Below, one piece after another: positions 1 to 12,335 of a stretch of 64,000 nt of DNA. Position 1 is the first letter of the stretch. Every line of letters begins with the position of its first letter. The DNA is taken from the NCBI RefSeq assembly GCF_963921235.1, contig NC_086108.1:8990001-9054000 (forward strand). The letters run 5' to 3'. Source of the DNA: Mobula hypostoma (lineage: Eukaryota). The notes beneath the pieces were generated by a model. The model had not been told where the DNA came from, did not search any database, and was given only the letters and a program-made list of their open reading frames with translations. The position numbers and the translations under genes are program-made.

Positions 1-995
1 GATAGAAAAATGTGCGAGGCTCAGCAGTCAAGCAAGCCTTCCACATCAGCCACAGCAGACGACGAACCTCGACCTTCAACATCGAGGCGGGCAGAGATAG
101 AAGAAGATGAGCTGCCTGCTCTAATGGAAACAGACAACGAGATGACACCCCAGTGTCTCACCACCCCAACAGCCAGGCCACGGACAGATACTGTACTGAT
201 TCGCGGAGAATGCAAAGGTAGCCGGGAGGCACACAGCACATCTTTAAGAAAAAAGCCGAAATAAACATGCTAATTATTAGGTGCCGCCCGGCACGTGATT
301 GTCGGCCCAGATCAGAGACGACGCAATCGGAAATCGGCACTGATCTGGGCCGACAATTACGGGCGGCACCTAATTAATTAGCATGTTTGTTTTGGCTTTT
401 TTCTTAAAGATGTGCTGTGTACCTCCCGGCTACTGCTGGACCCCTGCGTTCTTCAGTGGCCTGGAGGGTGGGGGGCCACTGCACCACCCAAACTCCGACT
501 CAGTCTAACACACCATCATCAGTGTGCTCTGCCTGAACCAATTCCGGTCAGTGATACTACACTGTACATACATTATTTCTACTTTATATCGGCTGTGTAT
601 TTTTACGTGTTATTTGGTTTGATTTGGCAGCTTCATAGTTTAAAGGTTACTGGAGAGCGCTTGCGCCGTGTTTTTGCCAACAGCGCTTGCGTGAGATTTT
701 CTGCCGACGGCGCTTGCGTGAGATTTTCGCTGCGGAGAACAGTTCAGTAATGATTGTGGAAAAGTATTTCTACTTTATATCGGCTGTGTATTTATCATAT
801 CATTCCTGCTTTTACTATGTGTTACTGTTATTTTATGTGTTATTTGGCATGATTTGGTAGGTTATTTCTGGGTCTGCGAACGCTCACAAATTTTTCCCAT
901 ATAAATAAATGGTAATTGCTTCTTTGCTTTACGACATTCCGGCTTACGAACCGTTTCATAGCAACGCTCGACCTTCGGATGGCGGGGGAAACCTG
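1..995 (+). mobile_element. Right part of a Tc1/mariner-superfamily (Tigger/pogo-like) DNA transposon
   Basis: Ends ...ACCTTCGGATGGCGGGGGAAACCTG followed by TA (996-997), i.e. a CAGGTTTCCCCC... terminal repeat with TA target. Acidic PSTS-rich C-terminal-like peptide at 10-170. The flank after TA continues as a CR1 fragment. Left end is outside the window. Confidence 0.6.
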
Positions 996-1411
996 TATGA
1001 AGTATTGGTGGGTCTTGGCCTGCACTCACTGGAACTCAGAAGAATGAGGGGGGATTTCAATGAAAATTATTGAACATTGAAAGGCTTCAGCAGTGTGGAC
1101 GGACAGAAGATGCGTCCTATGGTGGGACCAGAAGGATGTCCATTTAGAACGGAGATGAGGAGGAATTTCTTTAACCAGAGAGTGGTGAATCTGTGGAATC
1201 TGTTGACAAAGGCAGCTGTGAAGGCCATGATGAAAAGGCTGTGTCCTCTAGTCTTCGACTTTCCCACCATAGGAAACAAACTCTCCACACCCACTCTACT
1301 GAGACCTTTCAACATTTTATAGGTTTCAATACAGTCACCCCTGTCTTCTGAATTCCAGTGAGTACAGGCCCAGTACCATCAAACGCTCCTCATACAACAA
1401 GCCTTTCAATC
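996..1411. mobile_element. Two decayed CR1 LINE 3' fragments (plus ~996-1230, minus ~1234-1411)
   Basis: Degenerate CR1 ORF2 C-terminal motifs (GLHSLE, FRTEMRRNFFNQRVVNLWN, SKTRGHSL). Confidence 0.75.
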
Positions 1412-1481
1412 CATAGTAGTCATAGTCATACTTATTGATCCCGGGGGAAAATGGTTTTCGTTACAGTTGCACCATAAATAA

Positions 1482-4400
1482 TTAAATAGTAATAAAACAT
1501 AGAAACATAGAAAATAGGTGCAGGAGTAGGCCATTCGGCCCTTCGAGCTTGCACCGCCATTTATTATGATCATGGCTGATCATCCAACTCAGAACCCCGC
1601 CCCAGCCTTCCCTCCATACCCCGATCACCATAGCCACAAGGGCCATATCTAACTCCCTCTTAAATATAGCCAATGAACTGGCCTCAACTGTTTCCTGTGG
1701 CAGAGAATTCCACAGATTCACCACTCTCTGTGTGAAGAAGTTTTTCCTCATCTCGGTCCTAAAAGGCTTCCCCTTTATCCTCAAACTGTGACCCCTTGTT
1801 CTGGACTTCCCCAACATCGGGAACAATCTTCCTGCATCTAGCCTGTCCAATCCCTTTAGGATTTTATACGTTTCAATCAGATCCCCCCTCAATCTTCTAA
1901 ATTCCAACGAGTACAAGCCCAGTTCATCCAGTCTTTCTTCATATGGAAGTCCTGCCATCCCAGGAATCAATCTGGTGAACCTTCTTTGTACTCCCTCTAT
2001 GGCAAGGATGTCTTTCCTCAGATTAGGGGACCAAAACTGCACACAATACTCCAGGTGTGGTCTCACCAAGGCCTTGTACAACTGCAGTAGTACCTCCCTG
2101 CTCCTGTACTCGAATCCTCTAGCTATAAATGCCAGCATACCATTCGCCTTTTTCACCGCCTGCTGTACCTGCATGCCCACTTTCAATGACTGGTGTATAA
2201 TGACACCCAGGTCTCGTTGCACCTCCCCTTTTCCTAATCGGCCACCATTCAGATAATAATCTGTTTTCCTATTTTTGCCACCAAAGTGGATAACTTCACA
2301 TTTATCCACATTAAATTGCATCTGCCATGAATTTGCCCACTCACCCAACCTATCCAAGTCACCCTGCATCCTCTTAGCATCCTCCTCACAGTTAACACTG
2401 CCGCCCAGCTTCATGTCATCCGCAAACTTGGAGATGCTGCATTTAATTCCCTCATCCAAGTCATTAATATATATTGTAAACAACTGGGGTCCCAGCACTG
2501 AGCCTTGCGGTACCCCACTAGTCACCACCTGCCATTCTGAAAAGGTCCCGTTTATTCCCACTCTTTGCTTCCTGTCTGCTAACCAATTCTCCATCCACAT
2601 CAATACCTTACCCCCAATACCGTGTGCTTTAAGTTTGCACACTAATCTCCTGTGTGGGACCTTGTCAAAAGCCTTTTGAAAATCCAAATATACCACATCC
2701 ACTGGTTCTCCCCTATCCACTCTACTGGTTACATCCTCAAAAAATTCTATGAGATTCGTCAGAATGATTTTCCTTTCACAAATCTATGCTGACTTTGTCC
2801 AATGATTTCACCGCTTTCCAAATGTGCTGTTATCACATCTTTGATAACTGACTCCAGCAGTTTCCCCACCACCGACATTAGGCTAACCGGTCTATAATTC
2901 CCCGGTTTCTCTCGCCCTCCCTTTTTAAAAAGTGGGGTTACATTAGCCACCCTCCAATCCTCAGGAACTAGTCCAGAATCTAACGAGTTTTGAAAAATTA
3001 TCACTAATGCATCCACTATTTCTTGGGCTACTTCCTTAAGCACTCTAGGATGCAGACCATCTGGCCCTGGGGATTTATCTGCCTTCAATCCCTTCAATTT
3101 ACCAAACACCACTTCCCTACTAACAAGTATTTCGCTCAGTTCCTCCATCTCACTGGACCCTCTGTCCCCTACTATTTCTGGAAGATTATTTATGTCCTCC
3201 TTAGTGAAGACAGAACCAAAGTAATTATTCAATTGGTCTGCCATGTCCTTGCTCCCCATAATCAATTCACCTGTTTCTGTCTGTAGGGGACCTACATTTG
3301 TCTTTACCAGTCTTTTCCTTTTTACATATCTATAAAAGCTTTTACAGTCAGTTTTTATGTTCCCTGCCAGTTTTCTCTCATAATCTTTTTTCCCCTTCCT
3401 AATTAAGCCCTTTGTCTTCCTCTGCTGAACTCCGAATTTCTCCCAGTCCTCAGGTGAGCCACTTTCTCTGGCTAATTTGTATGCTTCTTCTTTGGAATTG
3501 ATACTATCCCTAATTTCTCTTGTCAGCCACGGGTGCACTACCTTCCTTGATTTATTCTTTTGCCAAACTGGGATGAACAATTGTTGTAGTTCATCCATGC
3601 AACCTTTAAATGCTTGCCATTGCATATCCACCGTCAATCCTTTAAGTGTCATTTGCCAGTCTATCTTAGCTAATTCCCGTCTCATACCTTCAAAGTTACC
3701 CCTCTTTAAGTTCAGAACCTTTGTTTCTGAATTAACTATGTCACTCTCCATCTTAATGAAGAATTCCACCATATTATGGTCACTCTTACCCAAGGGGCCT
3801 CTCACGACAAGATTGCTAATTAACCCTTCCTCATTGCTCAATACCCAGTCTAGAATAGCCTGCTCTCTGGTTGGTTCCTCGACATGTTGGTTTAAAAAAC
3901 CATCCCGCATACATTCCAAGAAATCCTCTTCCTCAGGACCTTTACCAATTTGGTTCACCCAATCTACATGTAGATTGAAGTCACCCATTATAACTGCTGT
4001 TTTATTGCACACATTTCTAATTTCCTGTTTAATACCATATCCGACCTCACTACTACTGTTAGGTGGCCTGTACACAACTCCCACCAGCGTCTTCTGCCCC
4101 TTAGTGTTACGCAGCTCTACCCATATTGATTCCACATCTTCCCGGCTTATGTCCTTCCTTTCTATTGCGTTAATCTCTTCTTTAACCAGCAACGCCACCC
4201 CACCTCCCCTTCCTTCATGTCTATCCCTCCTGAATATTGAATATCCCTGAACGTTGAGCTCCCATCCCTGGTCACCCTGGAGCCATGTCTCTGTGATCCC
4301 AACTATATCATAATCATTAATAACAATCTGCACTTTCAATTCATCCACCTTGTTACGAATGCTCCTTGCATTGACACACAAAGCCTTCAGGCGCTCTTTT

Positions 4401-4615
4401 ACAACTCTCTTAGCCCTTATACAATTATGTTGAAAAGTGGCCCTTTTTAATGCTTGCCCTGGATTTGTCGGCCTGCCACTTTTACTTTTCTCCTTACCAC
4501 TTTTTGCTTCTACCCTCACTTTACACCCCTCTGTCTCTCTGCACTGGTTCCCATCCCCCTGTTGTGAACTAACCTCCTCACGCCTAGCCTCTTTAATTTG
4601 ATTCCCACCCCCCAA
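1482..4615 (-). pseudogene. CR1 ORF2 (APE endonuclease + reverse transcriptase), 1-bp frameshift near 2764 and another near 1620
   Basis: NARSIRNK, ITETWL, GDFN, SDHN (APE); NYRPVSL, YLDFQKAFDKV, GVPQGSVLGP, FADD (RT). KGKSF* replaces expected KGKSCLTN. Confidence 0.95.
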
Positions 4616-5767
4616 CCATTCTAGTTTAAAGTCACCTCAGTAGCCCTTGCTAATCTCCCTGCCAGGATATTGGTCCCCCTAGGATTCAAGTGTAACCCGT
4701 CCTTTTTGTACAAGTCACGCCTGCGCCAAAAGAGGTCCCAATGATCCAAAAACTTGAATCCCTGCCCCCGCTCCAATCCCTCAGCCACGCATTTATCCTC
4801 CACCTCATCGCATTCCTACTCTCACTGTCGCGTGGCACAGGCAGTAATCCTGAGATTACTACCTTTGCGGTCCTTTTTCTCAACTCCCTTCCTAGCTCCC
4901 TATATTCTCCTTTCAGGACCTCATCCCTTTTCCTACCTATGTCATTGGTACCTATATGTACCACGACCTCTGGCTCCTCACCCTCCCACTTCATCTTGGA
5001 CACAATCAGAAATATCCCGGACCCTGGCACCAGGGAGGCAAACTACCATCCGGGTGTCTGGACTGCGTCCACAGAATCGCCTATCTGACCCCCTTACTAT
5101 CGAGTCCCCTATCACAACTGCCCTCCTCTTCCTTGCCCTACCCTTCTGAGCTACAGGGCCGGACTCTGTGCCGGAGGCACGGCCACTGTCGCTTCCCCCG
5201 GGTAAGCTGTCCCCCCCAACAGTACTCAAACAGGAGTACCTGTTGTTAAGGGGCACAGCCACCGGGGTACTCCCTATTACCTGACTCTTCCCCTTCCCCC
5301 TCCTAGCCGTGACCCACTTGTCTGCCTCCCGTGGCCCCGGCGTGACCACCTGCCTGCATCTCCACTCTATCACCTCCTCACTCTCCCTGACCAGACGAAG
5401 GTCATCGAGCTGCAGCTCCAGTTCCGTAACGCGGTCCCTTAGGAGCTGCATCTCGATGCACTTGGCGCAGATGTAGACGTCCGGGAGGCTTGGAGACTCC
5501 TGGGCCTCCCACATCTGACACCGAGAACAGCAAACTGCCCTCACACTCATACTGCCCCTCTCCTCAAATAGCAACAGAAAATGAATGCCAAACCTTCCTC
5601 GCCTCGCCCGTTTCCGCCTAAGCCCGTTGAGCCGAAGCCCTTAAGCCTTCACTCTGCTCCTGGCTCACTCCGCTGCCCGCAAACTACGCTGCCCGCTCTA
5701 TGAGGCTCTGTTCCTTTTAAATCTGCCGCGCTGCACAGCACGACGTCACACGCCTGCGCAGTCCCGC
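1493..5767 (-). mobile_element. Full-length CR1 LINE (~4.3 kb), frameshifted
   Basis: GC-rich 5' UTR (5575-5767), ORF1, ORF2 with APE endonuclease and RT, and (TTTCTATG)n tail at ~1495-1513. Flanked by direct repeat AAATAGTAA (1484-1492, 5768-5776). Confidence 0.95.
4621..5574 (-). pseudogene. CR1 ORF1 (zinc finger/coiled coil + SGNH esterase), broken by two frameshifts
   Basis: CSRCQMW...CAKC, VIGDSIVRG, VVVHIGTNDI and DGLHLN are spread over three ORF-track frames (4978-5574, 4686-5030, 4621-4803). Confidence 0.9.
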
Positions 5768-6151
5768 AAATAGTAAACCATAAATAGTTAAACAGTAATA
5801 TGTAAATTATGCCAGGAAATAAGTCCAGGACCAGCCTATTGGCTCAGGGTGTCTGACCCTCCAAGGGAGGAGTTGTAAAGTTTGATGGCCGCAGGCAGGA
5901 ATGACTTCCTATGACGCTCTGTGCTGCATCTTGGTGGAATGAGTCTCTGGCTGAATGTACTCCTGTGCCCACCCAGTACATTATGTAGTGGATGGGAGAC
6001 ATTGTCCAAGATGGCATGCAACTTGGACAGCATCCTCTTTTCAGACACCACCGTCAGAGAGTCCAGTTCCATCCCCACAACATCACTGGCCTTACAAATG
6101 AGTTTGTTGATTCTGCTGGTGTCTGCTACCCTCTGCCAGGAAACTTTGTCA

Positions 6152-6792
6152 TAAACCATAAGACCATAAAGACATAGGAGCAGAATTAGGCCATTTGGCC
6201 CATCAGGTCTGTTCTGCCATTTCATCATGGCTGATCCCAGATCCCATTCAACCCCATACACCTGCCCTCTCACCATAACCTTTGATGCCCCAGCCAATCA
6301 GAAATCTAATGACTTCCGTGATAAATATACCCACGGTCTTGGGCTCCACAGCAGTCCGTGGCAGAGCATTCCACAGATTCACCACTCTTTGGCTTAAAAA
6401 AACTCCTCCTTGCTTCTATTCTAAAAGGTCACCCTCTCAATTTTTGAGGCTGTGCCCTTTAGTTCTGGATACCCCCACCATAGGAAGCATCCTCTCCATA
6501 TCCAACTTATCCAGTCCTTTCAACATTCGGTAGGTTTCAATGAGATCTGCACACATTCATCTAAAACCTAGTGAGTACAGGCCCAATGTTGCCAGATGCC
6601 TCGCATATGTTAACCCCTTCATTCTCATGAACCTCCTTTTGAATCTTCTCCAATGTCAGCACATCTTTTCTTAGATAAGGGGTCCAAAACTGCTCACTAT
6701 ACTCCAAGTGAGGCCTCACCAGTGCCTTATAAAGCCTCAACATCTCATCTTTGCATTTATATTCAAGTCCTCTTGAAATGAATGCCAACATC
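6152..6792 (-). mobile_element. CR1 3' fragment
   Basis: LAFISRGLEYK...LYKALVRPHLEY remnant plus CR1 3' UTR and short-repeat tail. Confidence 0.85.
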
Positions 6793-7584
6793 ACAAAAAG
6801 ATCAATAAATGGGGAACATGGGATTGCTCTGTGAGCTGGAAAGAACATGTTGGCCAAATGTTCTCCTGAGGAAGTATGAAAAATGTATGAATCTTTTCTG
6901 CAAATGTTGCCCTAATCAGATTTTGAGCCAAAGGACATCATATCATTACCATTGCTGCCCTTTCCATTACTAAACACATCCTACAATATGTGGAAATACA
7001 TATGTAACTTTTGTAAAATGTAATGTGACAAAATGGAACCTATGAAATCGCAAGGTGCTTTGCTGGTTTGGATGAGAGACTTACAAGTCTGTGTTTTTTG
7101 ACAGGAAGCTGTGTGTTCTTCTTTTATGTCAGGAGATTGGTTTTATTGCTTGGCACTCTGAATTGTTGTAGTTGCTGTATATTAGAAGACGTAGCTGAAC
7201 GGTACATGACAAATACTACGACAAACAGTTTAGCCAATAATAGTGATTAACACAATCATTCACACGCACTAAATTAAGTTAAAGTGTTCCCATCGCTGTC
7301 AGGAATGCGGTGCCCACCGACCCTGGAATACCTTCACAGTTCTCGACGACACCAGAGGAGTTGGACTGGGGAGGGTTTGTGTCCGTTTGTATGTGAAAAT
7401 AAAGTCCTGCCTGTGTGGTCTGCCTTGAGTGTGATTAACCAAGCCCCACATTCTGCACGCAGCTGGACGACTGATCCAGCTGCCTGCTGTGTCCACCTGG
7501 GGAACTGAAAGCCCCTGGAACACGCCAACTAGACTGACACAGGCACTCTAATTTCCTCTAACAAGGCCTGAACTTCCCAGTCTT

Positions 7585-8112
7585 AGCAGGGGCTCCAGCT
7601 TCTGGTAATTCTCCCCCTTTCCCCTACCCTCTTTTTCATTTGCCCACTCGGCCTCCTCCTTCTCCTCACCCTCCCTGGTTCCCCTCCTCCTCCGCTTTCT
7701 GCCACGGTCCACTCTCCTCTCCTATCAGATTCCATCTTCTTCGGCCCTTTACCTTTTCCACCTATCACGATCCAGCTTCTTACTTCATCCCCCTTCCCTC
7801 ATCCACCTGGTCTCACTTATCACCTAGTTTGTCCTCCTTCCCTTCCCTTCCCTTCTTATTCTGGCACTTTTCCCCTTCCCATTCCCCAATAATACACAGA
7901 GAACGCGGCAGGAACTGAACAGGTCAGGCAGCATGGAGAGGAATAAAATGTCGACATGATGCGAGACCCTACATCAGTCTTCATCCTGGAGAAGGGGCTC
8001 GGCCCAAATCATCAACAGTTTTTTCATTTCCATAGATGCTGCCTGACCTGCTGAGTTCCTCCAGCACTTTGTGTGTGTTGCTCCGGATTTCCAGCATCTG
8101 CAGAACTTCTTA
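7585..8112. mobile_element. Penelope-derived terminal repeat fragments including an inverted pair (~7893-8110)
   Basis: Pyrimidine-rich Penelope 3' segment, then two oppositely oriented GGAACTCAGCAGGTCAGGCAGCATC units. Confidence 0.6.
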
Positions 8113-8629
8113 TGTTGATAAGAGGCTCCATCTGCTGCCCCGGGTGCGTGGTGTGTCTGGAGTGAGACTCCCGTCTCTCCCTCCCTTCAGTAGCTGAGAT
8201 TGTGACATTTTCTCCACAGGCCCCCACAACCCTGAAATCCATCAATCCCTCTGAAGAATTCAGTCTGAGCAGGTTCCACTCTCAATGGAGAGACCGACAA
8301 CCCCTTTTGCCTGCTTCCTTTTCAACACCAACTATACCTTGGCTCCTAAATCTGTTCAGATCCCTCACTATGCAGCTCCCAGAGAGCCTGTGATTTGTGG
8401 CTGTTCCAGGGGCCCCACAGCGACTGTGCCTCAGACATAGCTCATGAGTTGGAAGATATCTTGGGACATCCTGAGGTCAGGAATAACAATCCAGGTCTTC
8501 AGCACAAAATGCTGGAGGAACTCAGCAGGTCAGGCATAATTGATGGAAATGAATAAACAGTCGACATTTTGGACCAAGACCCTTCATCCATCCAGGTAGG
8601 ACTTGTTGCAGGGTTCATTCCTCTCCAAA

Positions 8630-8910
8630 GACAGTGTGGAGGGAGCTTCACTCTGTCTCTGACCGCAAGAGTGTGTGATGGGACAGTGTGGAGGGAGCTT
8701 CGCTCTGTGTCTGACCCTGGGAGTGTATGACGGACGGTGCGGAGGAAGTTTCACTGTGTCTCTGACCCTGGGTGTGTTTTGGGATGGTGCAGAGGGAGTT
8801 TTCACTCCGTGAATGACCCCAAGAGCGTGTGGTGGGGCGGTGTGGAAGGAGCTTCGCTCTGTATCTGACGGGGGTGTGTGACGGGAAAGTGCGGACACAG
8901 CTTCCCTCCG
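8630..8910. repeat. Degenerate ~52-bp tandem repeat, ~5 copies
   Basis: Recurring GACAGTGTGGAGGGAGCTTCACTCTGTGTCTGACCC...GTGTGTGATGG. Confidence 0.8.
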
Positions 8911-8937
8911 TTCAGGTGAGTCCCCAACACTGAATCG

Positions 8938-9120
8938 CAGGATTCTCCTTCACCCGTCAGCAGTGGGATAGCGACTGAAACCGCTGAGCCATTGGGTCAG
9001 GATTCTCCTTCACCCGTCAGCAGTGGGATAGCGACTGAAACCGCTGAGCCATTGGGTCAGGATTCTCCTTCACCCGTAGGCAGTGGGATAGCGACTGAAA
9101 CCGCTGAGCCATTGGGCCAG
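8938..9120. repeat. 60-bp tandem repeat, 3 near-identical copies
   Basis: Lines 8941, 9001 and 9061 are near-identical. Confidence 0.97.
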
Positions 9121-9129
9121 CTTCCTTAC

Positions 9130-9227
9130 CTCTGCTCACCCTCTGCTTGGCTCCCGACAGAATCCCCGGGGTGTCGATGATGCTGATGCTCTCCAGCACC
9201 TTGTTGGGCAGCTGGGCACACGTTAAC
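9130..9227 (-). CDS. EHD2: EH domain-containing protein 2, second coding exon (98 nt)
   Basis: tctcacag|G TTA ACG TGT...AGA G|gtaagg; encodes (R)[32 protein letters not shown](G). Phase matches the upstream exon; GAKQRVSRG is EHD2-like. Confidence 0.96.
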
Positions 9228-9446
9228 CTGTGAGAAAGGAGATCACAGACGATAGATCAGCGTAATCCGGCGGGGAATCAAATGTGTCAGCGAGCTGCGG
9301 CTGAGGCTCGAGTGGCTCTCTGAGCCGTGGAGGGAGTGAAGGGCCGCGGGCTGGGGAGGAGGAACTCAGCAGGTCAGGCAGCATCTGTGGAAAAGAGCAC
9401 AGTCAACGCTTCGGGCCAAAACCCTTCGGCAGGTTCCAATCATTAA

Positions 9447-9725
9447 CCAGGGTTCGATTCCCGCCATTGCTTGTAAGGATTTGTACGTTCTCTCCGTGAC
9501 TGTGTGAATTTACTCCGGGTGATCTGGTTTCCTCCCACAGTCCAAAAACCGACCGGTTAGCATGTTAGTAAGTTGTACACGTGCTTTGTTTGTGCTGATA
9601 TGTGAGTGGTGACACTTACGGGCTGCCCCCAGCACATCCTTGGACTGTGCTTGTTGTTGATGCGAAAAACACATTTCACTGTAAGTTTCAATGTACATGT
9701 GACAAATAAATCTAATCTGATCTTT
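9447..9725 (+). mobile_element. tRNA-derived SINE (HE1/V-SINE-like)
   Basis: B-box GGTTCGATTCC and V-domain-like ...GGTTTCCTCCCACAGTCCAAA. Confidence 0.7.
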
Positions 9726-9924
9726 AAAAGTATTTATCAGGAGCCTAATTAGTGTGGAATGATACCGTCCCGACTGTACTCAGAGCGAACAAAGACACCA
9801 GTACATATTTCTGTAAAACACACACAAACACGCACACACACAATGCTGGAGGAACTCAGCAGGCCAAGGCCAGGCAGCATCGATAAAGAGGAAGAAAGAG
9901 TCGACATCTCGGGCTGAGACAACC

Positions 9925-10305
9925 GCAGCATTGTCGTTGGGTTTGGAGGTTTGTGTGCCTTGATGACCTAGAGAGTGATGTTGGCTGGAGTCAGGGCTTT
10001 ATGTTTTGGCTCTTGGTAGGGTCACCCATGCCAAACAGGTCAAAGGGTAGAGGCCAGACTAAGCGTGGTCCACCGGTCCTCCAGGTTCGGGGATGCAGCT
10101 CAGGGCTAACAACCCTGACTGGTCAAACAAAATTGTTATAGAAACAGCAATGAAGAATCCTTCTCCATCTGAGTGCGATGGTATTTCTGAGTCTCCACCC
10201 GGGACTTGCATGACTGACAGTAGTGAAAACCAACAGGAAGCTACTGACACGATGAAGGAAGCCCTGAACACCACCAGAGACAGAGGACCTTCATTGCTGC
10301 CCTAA
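9925..10305 (+). mobile_element. Unclassified interspersed repeat (RTE-like 5' region); second copy at ~41940-42236 (minus)
   Basis: Both copies share the NNPDWSNKIV.ETA.KNPS.SEC pseudo-peptide. The family assignment is inference. Confidence 0.6.
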
Positions 10306-10964
10306 ACAACAACATGCAGTAAGTTTCAGGGCGAGACCTTTCATCAGGACTGTTTCAGCACAATAACATGTCTGAATGTCCATGATCCAGGTGTGACCCT
10401 GAATCACATCTGGAGATATTAGGATATTAGATCTGGAGATACTGGGTTTCTTCCCCCAGTCCAAAGACATACCAGTTGGGGTTAATTGGACATTATAGAT
10501 TAGGCGAGGGTTAAATCCAGGCATTGCTGGGTGGCGTGACTTGAAGGGCCAGAAGGGGCTGTTTCACGCTGTGTCACAGTAAATTTTTCAAAAAGTGAGG
10601 TAGTGTTCATGGTCCATTGTCCATTAGAGGTGGGAGGTGGGGAATTACGAGTTGGTTGGTAGGTCTGAGGTTTTGGGGTTGAGGACTAGAGAGTTGGGTT
10701 GAGATTGGAGAACAGGCTTGATGAAATTGAGAGAGGTTGGGAGGTAAGGGATTGGGTGGGACTGTAGTGGGGGGCTAGAGATTGTAAATAGATTTGACTG
10801 CGAGGGATTTTACAAGGAAGCATCATTGAGACAGCAGCTCAAGGAGATCAGTTACCCCGAGCATCAGAACAAACCCTGAGTGGAGGTCCCTCTTCGGCTG
10901 GTCACCATCTTTACAACAATGCCCATCACGACCTGAATGCGTTAAAGCAGTGAACAGTTTCATG

Positions 10965-11456
10965 GATGCAAACACGAGGAAATCTCCGGATGCTGGAATT
11001 TCAAGCAACACACATCAAAGTTGCTGGTGAACGCAGCAGGCCAGGCAGCATCTCTAGGAAGAGGTACAGTCGATGTTTCGGGCCGAGACCCTTCGTCAGG
11101 ACTAACTGAAGGAAGAGCTAGTAAGAGATTTGAAAGTGGGAGGGGGAGGGGGAGATCCAAAATGACAGGAGAAGACAGGAGAAGACAGGAGGGGGAGGGA
11201 TGGAGCCAAGAGCTGGACAGGTGATTGGCAAAAGGGATATGAGAGGATCATGGGACAGAAGGCCCAGGGAGAAGGAAAGAGGGAGGGGGGGAAAAACCGT
11301 GAGGATGGGCAAGGGGTATAGTCAGAGGGACAGAGGGAGAAAAAGGAGAGAGCGAAAATGAATGTGTATATATAAATAAATAAATAACCGATGGGGTATG
11401 AGGGGGAGGTGGGGCATTAGCAGAAGTTTGAGAAGTCAATGTTCATGCCATCAGGT
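10965..11456 (-). mobile_element. Penelope-like element 3' end (GIY-YIG tail + terminal repeat with hammerhead motif)
   Basis: Minus strand reads PDGMNIDFSNF (Penelope endonuclease C-terminus), then a pyrimidine-rich UTR, then TAGTCCTGACGAAGGGTCTCGGCCCGAAACATCGACTG. Confidence 0.8.
11067..11104 (-). ncRNA. Minimal type I hammerhead ribozyme motif (best-preserved copy; one G>A in helix III)
   Basis: Stem I UAGUC/GACUG, core CUGACGA+A, stem II GGGU-CUCG-GCCC, GAAAC-AUC. Confidence 0.65.
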
Positions 11457-11984
11457 TTCACGGAGATGTTTACCTTCCATTGAAGGTTGCCTCAAATCTA
11501 AACTCCTCCAGTTAACTCGATGTGAAGGTTGGGCCTGAGATGAGTTACCATGGTTGGAGGACATGTCCTCAGGACTGAGGAGGGGTGAAGTCCCTCACTG
11601 CCCGTCCTGCCTCTTGGTGGCCCGTATCCCACGCTATAAAGGTTCCTCGGTGAAAACCACTAACGTTAGGACTATCTGTTCCCACAGCCACCGTCTCCAA
11701 GTCTTAGCAAAGACCCATTACAAGGGTTGCCAGAAGAACATTCTTGGCATAGCAGTGGCTGTAAATGTTTTGATATCAGACTGATTCTGCATTCTTGACT
11801 AATAAGGCAATCTCCTGCCCCAGCACAGGCCAGCATACATTGCCATGATCCGCTTTTTCAGCGTTCCGGATTTTTCTCACAGACGTACCAACAGCCAGAT
11901 AGCAAAGTCTTCAGAAGCCATCACCAACCGCCTACAGTTAATTTTGTTTAACATGTCTTCCCTGAGACTGGCAGCTACTGACAG

Positions 11985-12335
11985 ACTTTATAGAGGTGTA
12001 CAAGAGGCATAGATCGAGTGGACAGCCAGAGACATTTTCCTAGAGCAGAAATGCCTCATACAAGGAGGTATAATTTTAAGGTGATTGGAGGACAATACAG
12101 GAGGGGGATGTCGGAAGTAAATTTCTCTCGGAGAGTGGTGGGTGTGTGGGACACCCTGCCAGGGGTGGTGGTAGAGGCAGATACGTGAGGGGCATTTAAG
12201 AAACTCTTAGATAGGCACATGGATGATAGAAAAATGGAGAGTTACGTGGAAGGGAAGGGTTAGATTGATCTTGGAGTAGATTGAAGGGTCAGTACAACAT
12301 TGTGGGCCAAACGGCCTGTGCTGTGCTGTTCTCTA
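11985..12335 (+). mobile_element. CR1 3' fragment
   Basis: LIEVYK...RVDSQ...RVVG.W..LP remnant and tail. Confidence 0.75.

Larger units (their letters stand above)
1412..6138 (-). mobile_element. Rex1/Babar-like LINE 3' fragment split by a CR1 insertion (pieces 1412-1492 and 5768-6138)
   Basis: (TATGAC)n tail and AATAA at 1412-1440; ORF2 end ...PAAIKLYNSSLGGSDTLSQ* at 5836-6138. Near-identical to the uninterrupted copy at 59387-60182. Confidence 0.85.

Noticed and set aside
3477..4250. 257-aa plus-strand ORF
   Set aside because: Antisense to CR1 ORF2.
1..9129. Further EHD2 exons (GYDF...)
   Set aside because: Not found; the region is mostly transposon, so the next exon presumably lies left of the window.
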